Shown here one piece after another: positions 30,786-39,037 of a stretch of DNA of 39,037 bases. The DNA is from a virus. The notes beneath the pieces were generated by a model. It did not search any database. It was not told the origin of the DNA and saw only the letters and a program-made list of their open reading frames with translations. The DNA is taken from UHGV virus genome UHGV-0175496; one strand, written 5' to 3'. Position 1 is the first letter of the stretch; the number at the start of each line of letters is the position of its first letter. A program made the translations under genes and the position numbers.

Positions 30786-32117
30786 ATGGCTACTTGGCAA
30801 GGAACAAACGGCGGATTGTTGGCTGGTATCGGCGGCGTCAACTCAAACGCTCCGAGCGTAAATGACATCGGCAATACGCTTCAGCTTATCAGGCAGAACA
30901 ATGATATTGAGCGTTCAGGCGCTAACAATGTTGGGCTGACAGCTTTGCAAGGCCTTTCAGGTATTGCGGGGGTGTTTCAGCAGGAAAAGCAGGCTCAGCG
31001 GCAGAAAGAATTTCAGCAGGCGTACGCTAATGCTTATGCGTCTGGTGATCGCGGTGCTTTGCGTCAGTTGGCTACTCAATATCCAGACCAGATTGAATCC
31101 GTTCGTAAAGGCATGGGATTCATTGATGAAGAGCAGCGTAATTCTATCGGCACCTTAGCGGCTGGCGCACGCCTTGCATCATCGTCTCCAGAAGCAATGC
31201 AATCATGGCTGCAAAACAACGCCGGTGAGTTAGCTCGTGTTGGCGTTAATCCTCAGGATGTCGCTCAGATGTACCAACAGAACCCGCAGCAGTTCGGCGA
31301 ATTTGTCGATCACCTAGGGATGGCCAGCCTCGGCCCCGAAAAATACTTTGACCTTCAGGATAAAATGCAGGGTCGTCAGGTGACCATGCGCGGTCAGGAT
31401 CTGGATTCGCAAACCGCCGCTCGGAATCAGGCAATCACAATGCGCGGACAAGATATCCAGGCGAATTTAGGTCAGCAGCGCATTAATCTGGACGCAGAAA
31501 CAAACCGCATTAACAACGAAAATAAGCGCCTTGACCGGATGCTATCAGCAGAAGCTAACGACCTGAAGCGACAGGAAATACAGAGCCGCATAGCAGCCAA
31601 CAACCAGAAGTTGCAGCAGAAGCAGCAAGAGCTAAATGATGGCTACAAAGACGGCATCAACACCCTCACAACCAGCATGTTCACTCTGAACGATATCGTT
31701 AGTTCTCCTTCACTTAAGAGCATTACAGGCTTACGTGGGGTAATCCCCAACGTTCCAGGCTCACAGGCTGCCGACACTCAGGCACGACTTGATACCTTTA
31801 AATCCCAAGCATACCTGACAGCGGTTCAGGCCATGCGAGGCATGGGTGCACTTTCTGATGCCGAGGGCAAAAAGCTCGACCAGGCTGTTGGTTCTCTGCA
31901 AAACTCGCAGAGCGAGGAGTCCTTTCGTCGCAACGCTGGCGTCATCCTGAACACGCTCAACCAGAAGCGTAATGAGGCGGTTGGTAAGTACGTTCAGCAA
32001 AACGGTATCAAGCGAGTGGAAGCGCCTCAGGCTTCTATAGATTACCTGAAGCAGCACCCCGAGCTGTCAATCGACTTCATTAATCGCTACGGATATCTTC
32101 CATCTTTGGGGCAGTAA
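30786..32117 (+). CDS. Ejection protein, P22 gp20-like
   Basis: 443 aa, Q/N-rich and coiled-coil-rich; second ejection gene by synteny. Confidence 0.6.
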   Translation: MATWQGTNGGLLAGIGGVNSNAPSVNDIGNTLQLIRQNNDIERSGANNVGLTALQGLSGIAGVFQQEKQAQRQKEFQQAYANAYASGDRGALRQLATQYPDQIESVRKGMGFIDEEQRNSIGTLAAGARLASSSPEAMQSWLQNNAGELARVGVNPQDVAQMYQQNPQQFGEFVDHLGMASLGPEKYFDLQDKMQGRQVTMRGQDLDSQTAARNQAITMRGQDIQANLGQQRINLDAETNRINNENKRLDRMLSAEANDLKRQEIQSRIAANNQKLQQKQQELNDGYKDGINTLTTSMFTLNDIVSSPSLKSITGLRGVIPNVPGSQAADTQARLDTFKSQAYLTAVQAMRGMGALSDAEGKKLDQAVGSLQNSQSEESFRRNAGVILNTLNQKRNEAVGKYVQQNGIKRVEAPQASIDYLKQHPELSIDFINRYGYLPSLGQ

Positions 32118-34511
32118 ATGGCTAATTACCGTGATTTGTTAGAGCAGGCTGGCGCACGTTACGGTGTGCCAGAAGGGTTGATGACTGCACTGGGTGCCAA
32201 GGAGTCTTCTTACAACCCTGCCGCAGTAAGCTCCGCCGGGGCTGTAGGATTGACTCAGGTCATGCCTGGGACATGGCGTGATATGGGTTATACCGATGAG
32301 CAAATGCAAAACCCCGAATATCAGGCTGACGCTGGCGCGCGCTATCTGGCAAAGATGTACCAGCAGTTTGGTAACTGGCGTGACGCTCTTCAGGCTTATC
32401 ACGACGGTCCCGGCAACGTTATGAAGGCAAAGCGTGGTGAATATACGCCAGGACCTGAAGGCCGCGGTTACGTTGATGATCGCTTTGCTCAATGGGCGGG
32501 TGACCCGGTGACAGACTCAACAGTCGAACAGCGCGCCACCTCTGCAAAGGTACATCCTCAGCAAGACCCTAACAACCCGTTTGCACAACTGGAAGTACAG
32601 TCATCCGAACAAGTATCGGCATCAGGTGTGCAGTCAGACCCAAATAATCCATTTGCTCAGATTGAGCAGCAGGCAGCCAGTCAGCAGCCACCTCAACCCG
32701 TAAGTTCCGTCGCACCGAAACCTGTTCAGCAGCAAGGCGGAATAATGTCTGACCTTGGTAATGGACTTGCTGAAACCGGGCGCGGCTTACTACAGGCAGG
32801 AATCAACGTAGCGAACATACCTGCTGAACTCACTGATGCTGTAACAAGCGCGGCGGCTTGGGCTGGCGGTAAACTCGGCATTGGCGATGGTACATATCAA
32901 CCAGCGCCACGAGTAACAACGCAGGGATTAGAGCAGGACTTTGGCCTTCAGCAAGGCGCGCTGACTCCACAAACTACAGAGGGCAGGGTATTTGCTGAGG
33001 CATTGCCTTACCTCACTCCTGCTGGCATTGAGAGAGCGGCAACACAGGCACCAACACTTGCTGGTCGAATTGCTCAGGGGGCAACTCGCCTTCTAGCAGA
33101 AAACGCAGTCGGATCACTTGCTGCAAATAGTGCGAAAGATGATGCGGAAGCACTCGCCACCGATTTAGGCGTTGGTGTACTTGCTGGCGGTGCTATTAAC
33201 GCTGCCGGACGTGGATTAGGTGCTGCTTATCGTGGCGTTAGTGGTGCTATCGCGCCAGAAGCACAGCAGGCTATCAGATTTGCAGAGCGTGAAGGCGTTC
33301 CTCTGCACACCACAGACCTGTTACAACCCACTTCCCGCGTCGGAAAAATGGCGCAGACTACAGCAGAAAATATCCCTCTGGCTGGCACAAGCGGAATGAG
33401 AGCAACGCAACAGGAAGCGAGAAGCCAGTTGGTGCAGAGATTTGCTGATAAATTCGGTGAGTATGATCCAGCTGTTGTTATTGACAGCCTTAAAGCGAAA
33501 ACATCAGGAATTCGTCGTGCTGCAGGGAACCGTCTTGAGCAGGTTCAGAATGCTATGGCTGGAGTAAACATTCAGCCTGCGCGAGCAATTCAGCAGATTG
33601 ATACAGAAATATCTAACCTGCAGAAGCTTGGTAAGGTTGCTGATAACGAGACAATTTCAAAACTTCAGTCATATCGTGATGAGCTTGTTCGCAATGCTGG
33701 CCCTGATGGCCCGGTAAATCTGGATTTGAAGCAATTAAGCGACCTGCGCAGCCAGTTCAGAATGGACGTGAAGGGTGAGCGACCAGTGTTACCAAACCGT
33801 TCCGATGCTGCCATTCAGCGCGTTTACAAGGCAATGACTGACGATATCAATGGTGCCATTGGTCAGAATCTTGGCAACGATACTCTCCGTAAATATCAGC
33901 AGGCCAATGCCGTCTACGCTGACGAAGCGGCGAAACTAAAGAATACCAGGCTGAAGAATGTTCTCATGAAAGGCGACCTGACGCCGGAAGTTGTCAACAA
34001 CATGCTATTCAGCAAGAACAAATCGGAAATTAAGACGCTGTATAACTCAGTTGGTCGTGTTGGCAGGGCGCAAATGCGCAATGGCATCATTGGAAAGGCG
34101 ATGGAGAAATCTGGCGGATCCCCTGACCAGTTCCTTCGGCAGCTTAACATCCTGCAAAACCAGACTGGCATCACATTTAAGGGGCAGGACGCTGCTTATC
34201 TGAAAGGATTAAAAAACTATCTGCAATCCACGCAGCAGGCTGCAAAAGCGGCAGTAACAACACCCACAGGGCAGCAAACCATCCCGTTCATTATCGGATA
34301 TGGGACGGCAATGAACCCGGCGACAACTGGCGCAGCAGTAAGCTACGGCCTTCTTGCTCGCGCCTATGAGAGTAAGCCATTCAGAGATGCAATGCTACGA
34401 ATGGCAAACACACCACGCGGATCAACAGCGTTTGAGAAAGCCATGCAGCAGGCACAAAAGGCAATTAACGCTATGACGCAGGGGGCTAAGTCTGATGCAT
34501 TGTCAGAATAG
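32118..34511 (+). CDS. Ejection protein (gp16 position) with an N-terminal soluble lytic transglycosylase domain
   Basis: 797 aa; N-terminus carries the SLT family signature GAKESSYNPAAVSSAGAVGLTQVMPGTWRDMGY...QAYHDGPGNV. Confidence 0.7.
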   Translation: MANYRDLLEQAGARYGVPEGLMTALGAKESSYNPAAVSSAGAVGLTQVMPGTWRDMGYTDEQMQNPEYQADAGARYLAKMYQQFGNWRDALQAYHDGPGNVMKAKRGEYTPGPEGRGYVDDRFAQWAGDPVTDSTVEQRATSAKVHPQQDPNNPFAQLEVQSSEQVSASGVQSDPNNPFAQIEQQAASQQPPQPVSSVAPKPVQQQGGIMSDLGNGLAETGRGLLQAGINVANIPAELTDAVTSAAAWAGGKLGIGDGTYQPAPRVTTQGLEQDFGLQQGALTPQTTEGRVFAEALPYLTPAGIERAATQAPTLAGRIAQGATRLLAENAVGSLAANSAKDDAEALATDLGVGVLAGGAINAAGRGLGAAYRGVSGAIAPEAQQAIRFAEREGVPLHTTDLLQPTSRVGKMAQTTAENIPLAGTSGMRATQQEARSQLVQRFADKFGEYDPAVVIDSLKAKTSGIRRAAGNRLEQVQNAMAGVNIQPARAIQQIDTEISNLQKLGKVADNETISKLQSYRDELVRNAGPDGPVNLDLKQLSDLRSQFRMDVKGERPVLPNRSDAAIQRVYKAMTDDINGAIGQNLGNDTLRKYQQANAVYADEAAKLKNTRLKNVLMKGDLTPEVVNNMLFSKNKSEIKTLYNSVGRVGRAQMRNGIIGKAMEKSGGSPDQFLRQLNILQNQTGITFKGQDAAYLKGLKNYLQSTQQAAKAAVTTPTGQQTIPFIIGYGTAMNPATTGAAVSYGLLARAYESKPFRDAMLRMANTPRGSTAFEKAMQQAQKAINAMTQGAKSDALSE

Positions 34512-34601
34512 CTTTTCAAACACCAGGAACGTGCAAAAACCAAATATGTAGAACGCGAGGTTTATCGTATCCCTCTGCATAGGCGATACCTTTGCTGATT
34601 G

Positions 34602-35087
34602 TTATCTGATGTTACTGCTACTGTTGCATGTGACTGTATTTCCAAACCCTGAATTGCAGTTTGTGTAAGTGTCAACTCGTGTTGGATAGGGTTGAGTTAT
34701 AACAGGCTGTCTCGCTTTTTGCTCGATCGCTTGCATTGTGTTTACAGCCTGATAATTCAATAAAGCCTGCTGGAATGCTTGGCTTTGTGCTATTTGTTGG
34801 GTTTGTTCTTGGCTTTGTAATTGAACATAAAGATTCTGAAGCTCAAGTCTTGCCTGTGCGTCACTTATTTTACCTTCATCAACACCTTGCCCGAGCATCT
34901 TTGCAGCAAGGACATACAGCTTAGGTGTTGGTGCAGACGCCATGCGTGAGTCGTTCTTTACACTGGCATCAAGGCAATTAGCCATATCGCTAAGCTTTTG
35001 ATAGCGTTGTTCGCAACTTGCTTGATAGTCACTTACTTTTGCGCATCCAACCAGCAGAAGAGGGATAATTAACAGTGATTTTTTCAT
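34602..35087 (-). CDS. Lipoprotein of unknown function in the immI-equivalent region (candidate exclusion or conversion factor)
   Basis: 161 aa from ATG 35085-35087 (AGGAG upstream); MKKSLLIIPLLLVGC lipobox signal peptide; Q-rich helical middle; Cys-rich C-terminus. Opposite strand to the structural genes. Confidence 0.65.
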   Translation of the reverse strand: MKKSLLIIPLLLVGCAKVSDYQASCEQRYQKLSDMANCLDASVKNDSRMASAPTPKLYVLAAKMLGQGVDEGKISDAQARLELQNLYVQLQSQEQTQQIAQSQAFQQALLNYQAVNTMQAIEQKARQPVITQPYPTRVDTYTNCNSGFGNTVTCNSSSNIR

Positions 35088-35157
35088 ATGGTTAACTCTC
35101 CTTAGTTTTTCACCGGATATCATGAAGGCAATGCCATTTTAGCCGGAAACTAGATTT

Positions 35158-35424
35158 CTATGTTTCCTTTTTATTATTGCTATACATGGTCTTAAGCGTT
35201 TCAAAAACCATTCTCTTAACCATATCAGATTGTTGTTCTGCCATACGCTCTGCATCGTCAATGTAAACGGATGCAGAGCTTTGTTTAGCCAATGATTCTT
35301 CAATCGCTGCAATTATCTCTGAGTTCAGCGATCTGTTATTCATCTTCGCACGCTGTTTAATTTTCGCGTGGAGTTCATGCGGAAGTCTCAAGTGAAACTG
35401 CGCCTCGTCGTATTTGCTGTACAT
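35158..35424 (-). CDS. mnt: Mnt-like ribbon-helix-helix repressor
   Basis: About 88 aa; FHLRLPHELHAKIKQRAKMNNRSLNSEIIAAIEESL and C-terminal DDAERMAEQQSDMVKRMVFETLKTMY parallel P22 Mnt. Confidence 0.75.
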   Translation of the reverse strand: MYSKYDEAQFHLRLPHELHAKIKQRAKMNNRSLNSEIIAAIEESLAKQSSASVYIDDAERMAEQQSDMVKRMVFETLKTMYSNNKKET

Positions 35425-35545
35425 CCTTGATGCCTCACCAGTTGGGTGGAATGGCATCGTAACCTACTGGATAAATACTCAATAGTACCATTTCGGTATG
35501 CAATCACATCATGGTTGCATCATATCATTCGTCTGGAGCAATGAA

Positions 35546-37681
35546 ATGTCAGATATCACCGCAAATGTTGTGGTAAGCATGCCTTCGCAACTCTTCACTA
35601 TGGCGCGTTCTTTTAAAGCTGTAGCCAATGGCAAAATTTATATCGGTAAAATTGACACTGACCCTGTAAATCCTGAAAACCAGATTCAGGTTTATGTGGA
35701 GAACGAAGACGGCTCTCACGTTCCTGTATCGCAACCAATCATCATTAACGCTGCTGGTTACCCGGTATATAACGGACAGATTGCCAAATTCGTTACCGTG
35801 CAAGGCCATTCTATGGCTGTTTATGATGCGTATGGTACACAGCAGTTCTATTTTCCGAATGTGCTGAAGTATGACCCTGATCAACTCAGGTCTGAATTAT
35901 CAGCTCAGGGTGGAGATAAGATTGTTGGTAGTTCGTATGGCGGAACCGTCTATACAGACTACAGTCCATCAGAATTCATTAAGTTTGCAGAATTCACCGT
36001 CCCAACAAGTCTTTCAAACAATAGACAAGCCGTTAAATATATAGACGGATTTTGGTATGTATGGAATGGAACATTTCCATACAATACTGGAACGTCAAAT
36101 CCTGGTAATAATGACACATGGAAATGCGTTGGACTTCTAAATGGTTTTTCGGTTAATGACGCTCAGAACTTTGGCTTCACAGGGGGTATGGACGATGCAC
36201 TTCCAGCGCTAAATGCGATGATTAGAAGCCCATTTTTTGAAATGTTTTTCCCTATTGGAAGTGAAATTAATATTTCGTCTGACTGGAATCTCCGTTCAAA
36301 TTTATATATAAACTTTCACGGTTCAACAATCAACTGGATGGGTGCTGCTTTCTCAAGTTCTGATGTTGTGAATGGTAGCGAGATGGCCATTTTAAATACG
36401 CCAAATTTTTCAGGTGGAACTACAGGGGCACTCGTAAACCTTCATCTGTCAAACTTAAATATTAAAGCAAATGATTACGCAATAGGCATAAGTGCAAGGA
36501 ATATTACAAATTTCTCTATAGAGAATGTTTATGTAGAGAAAGCGCAACGTCAAGGAATTAATGTATCTAATTGCCAGAATGGATGTATTAATCAAATAAC
36601 TCTGAAAGATTGCTCTCCTTTATCTGATAAAGGATTTACTAGCTCACAGCTAGAGAGTTGGGGCGATGGATTGATTGTATGGTATGGAAGCACTAACGTA
36701 TCCATTGATAACATTAGAGTTGAATCAGGAAATAATTCACGAGGAGGTCGCTGCGGTATCTGTATCGATGGTTATGCTCCATCCGGAAAGCCAGATTCAC
36801 GCAATATTTCTGTGAATAACGCTTATGTTTACGGTTATGACAGGCCTATACATACCGAACTATGCGGTATTGTTACCGTAACTAACAGTGTTTTCGAATA
36901 CAACTCAGGCTCTGACACGCATCACTTTTTGCAATGTGGTGTCGTCGTGTGGAATGTCCTTGAAACCACTACTTTTATCAACTGCACGTTTCGCACAGAT
37001 ATGCGGTTTATGAAAAACTCAGGCGCTAAGGCGAAATTCATAAAATGTAATGTGTACAAAACATCAAGCACTGAGCCTATGTTTATAACAGGTACAGAGC
37101 AAACAGGTATAGTTAATTTTGATGACTGCTTACTTTCTCATGCCGGTGGTGAATGGGGGGCTTGGAACTGTTCATTAAGTTTTAATGGTTGCACGATATC
37201 ATCTGATTCTGCTGGATCTGTTATTAATTTTGGTAGCGAATCCATACCAAAAAATATCACTATTGTTAATTCACATCTGTTAAACACATCAATATCAGCA
37301 CTGTTCGCACCTGGATTTACTGAAATTCATCTTTCTAATTCAACAATAAATGGAGATGTTAATTGCGGACCTTCTGCCAGACTTCGTGTAAATTCATGCG
37401 ATATATATGGAGTCGTTACATGCAATAGTGTAATGAGATACAACGGACAGAAACCAAATAAATTAATTTATTTGCAAAATGCAGACCAGCAATACAATGG
37501 CATGTGGCTAGGAACGCGCCCACCACTAGGTGCTAGACCAGATGGATCTGGAGATTGGTTGAGGGGTGATATAGTTTTTAATCTCGACGCCATAGAGTCA
37601 ACACCATTCCAATGGTATTGCGTAACCCCAGGATCGCCTGGAAGATGGGCTGTATCTGGAACTCTTGGCGCAGCTTCTTAA
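35546..37681 (+). CDS. Tailspike with P22-type head-binding N-terminal domain and a distinct receptor-binding domain
   Basis: About 711 aa from ATG 35546 (GGAG upstream). N-terminal ~110 aa ([47 protein letters not shown]...VLKYDPDQ) closely match the P22 gp9 head-binding domain; the rest differs and is rich in N/S/T/G beta-helix-like repeats. Confidence 0.9.
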   Translation: MSDITANVVVSMPSQLFTMARSFKAVANGKIYIGKIDTDPVNPENQIQVYVENEDGSHVPVSQPIIINAAGYPVYNGQIAKFVTVQGHSMAVYDAYGTQQFYFPNVLKYDPDQLRSELSAQGGDKIVGSSYGGTVYTDYSPSEFIKFAEFTVPTSLSNNRQAVKYIDGFWYVWNGTFPYNTGTSNPGNNDTWKCVGLLNGFSVNDAQNFGFTGGMDDALPALNAMIRSPFFEMFFPIGSEINISSDWNLRSNLYINFHGSTINWMGAAFSSSDVVNGSEMAILNTPNFSGGTTGALVNLHLSNLNIKANDYAIGISARNITNFSIENVYVEKAQRQGINVSNCQNGCINQITLKDCSPLSDKGFTSSQLESWGDGLIVWYGSTNVSIDNIRVESGNNSRGGRCGICIDGYAPSGKPDSRNISVNNAYVYGYDRPIHTELCGIVTVTNSVFEYNSGSDTHHFLQCGVVVWNVLETTTFINCTFRTDMRFMKNSGAKAKFIKCNVYKTSSTEPMFITGTEQTGIVNFDDCLLSHAGGEWGAWNCSLSFNGCTISSDSAGSVINFGSESIPKNITIVNSHLLNTSISALFAPGFTEIHLSNSTINGDVNCGPSARLRVNSCDIYGVVTCNSVMRYNGQKPNKLIYLQNADQQYNGMWLGTRPPLGARPDGSGDWLRGDIVFNLDAIESTPFQWYCVTPGSPGRWAVSGTLGAAS

Positions 37682-37793
37682 ATTTAAATGAATAACTATA
37701 TTAGTTAATGGTCTTATCTCTGTCACAACCTCATGACACACAAAGCTTTGCACTGGATTGCAAGGCTTTGTGCCATTCGATAGTTAAGGTGGA

Positions 37794-38987
37794 TCACTCC
37801 ACCTTCCCATCAAGCCAGTCCGCCCACCATTGCATCATTTCTCTGCGCTTATCGAGATACTGAGCATGGTTGTAAATCCCGCGCACAGATCCGCCATTGG
37901 CATGTGCCAGTTGCACTTCAATAGCATCAGCGGGCCATTCGTGCTCGTTCATAATCGTGCTGAATTCATGCCTGAATCCGTGACCGCTTTCCAGACCCTC
38001 ATAGCCGATTTGTTTGATCACAAGTAGCACCGCGTTCTCGCAGATTGGCTTCTTCTTATCGTTGCGCCCGGAAAAAACAAACTCTGATACTGGTTTAGTG
38101 ATTGAGCTTAGTGTAGTGAGAAGTTCAACCACCTGGTCTGACATCGGGACAACATGAATTTTGCGTCCCTTCATCACACTGGCGTCGATGGTGATAATCC
38201 TGTTTTCAAAATCGACGTTCTTCCATAGCATGGAACGAAGCTCTTTTGTTCTTAGGGCTGTGTAGCGTAAAACTTTGGTCGCAATGAGCGATACGATACT
38301 TCCTGAAAATGTTGCAAGTGCTTTGTTGAATGCCGAGATCTGGTCGGCAGGTAAAAACGGGAAGTTCTTCTTGCGGTATCCCTTCATGGCGTCAGCAAGG
38401 TCAGGTGCCGGGTTATATTTAGCCCTACCAGTGACAATAGCGTAACGGAAAACCTCGCCGCATCTTCTGCGTGCTTTGTTGGCTCGCTCCATTGCACCGC
38501 GATCTTCAAATCTGCGGATTACTTCCAGCAGTTGCATCGGCTCAATATCCTGAATTTCAAGGCCGCCGATGATGGGTAAAATGTCGTCATCAAACATTTT
38601 TGCAAGTTCATTTGCATAGCCTACTGACCAGACTTGCTTCTTGTGCTCGTACCATTCCTTGTAAATCGCACTAAAGGAATTGTTGTTAGACGAAGCCTTT
38701 TTCGCTTTTACCGGATCGATGCCAACCGAGATGTCTTTCCTCGCGGTCCATGCTTTATCCCTTGCCTCTTGCAAAGTCATAAGCGGATATTTTCCGACGG
38801 TCAGGATTTTCTCCTTACCGTCAATCTTGTAGCGAAGCTGCCATACCTTTTTCCCTGATACAGGGACATAAAGGTACAGGCCATTACCATCGAGTAGGCG
38901 GTATGGTTTTTCTTTCGGCTTTGCTGCTTCAATCTGCTTAACGGTGAGCATGGGTAAAAATCCGGTGGGTAAAATTATTTTATCCAC
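37794..38987 (-). CDS. Tyrosine integrase of the P4/DUF4102 family
   Basis: Probable true start is the ATG at 38949-38951 (MLTVKQIEAAKPKEKPYRLLDGNGLYLYV); the track's start codon is GTG. Catalytic HGFRHE and a C-terminal Tyr; 3' end faces the tailspike. Confidence 0.85.
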   Translation of the reverse strand: MDKIILPTGFLPMLTVKQIEAAKPKEKPYRLLDGNGLYLYVPVSGKKVWQLRYKIDGKEKILTVGKYPLMTLQEARDKAWTARKDISVGIDPVKAKKASSNNNSFSAIYKEWYEHKKQVWSVGYANELAKMFDDDILPIIGGLEIQDIEPMQLLEVIRRFEDRGAMERANKARRRCGEVFRYAIVTGRAKYNPAPDLADAMKGYRKKNFPFLPADQISAFNKALATFSGSIVSLIATKVLRYTALRTKELRSMLWKNVDFENRIITIDASVMKGRKIHVVPMSDQVVELLTTLSSITKPVSEFVFSGRNDKKKPICENAVLLVIKQIGYEGLESGHGFRHEFSTIMNEHEWPADAIEVQLAHANGGSVRGIYNHAQYLDKRREMMQWWADWLDGKVE

Positions 38988-39037
38988 TTTTTACCCGTCA
39001 TGGAGTGCGGCTGTCAACGATCTGACGCGAACCATGA

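Noticed and set aside
35549-35884. Minus-strand ORF of 111 aa
   Set aside because: Antisense within the tailspike head-binding domain coding region.

Overview
The window reads as one near-complete temperate lambdoid phage genome or prophage, about 39 kb, built as a mosaic. The early half is lambda-like on both sides of a phage-434-type immunity core. Leftward are int, xis, exo, bet, gam, kil, cIII, ea10 and N; the core is cI, cro and ACAA-N6-TTGT operators; rightward are cII, O with ori iterons, P, ren, a rearranged nin region, a non-lambda Q, and lambda-like S, R, Rz/Rz1. The late half is P22/Sf6/HK620-like: rha, TerS, TerL, portal, scaffold, coat, gp4/gp10/gp26, ejection proteins, an Mnt-like repressor, a tailspike with a P22-type head-binding N-terminus, and a second, P4-family integrase. 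No tRNA, rRNA or CRISPR array was seen. The most interesting cargo is non-lambda: an AT-rich ~290-aa orphan gene in the ral/sieB slot beside N, a signal-peptide protein translationally coupled to cI in the rexAB slot, a TGT-fold (DpdA-like) gene packed with a DUF550/DUF551 gene, and a lipoprotein next to an orphan Mnt. All calls rest on reading the supplied translations and sequence by eye against remembered protein families; no database search was run, and motif coordinates may be off by a base or two.
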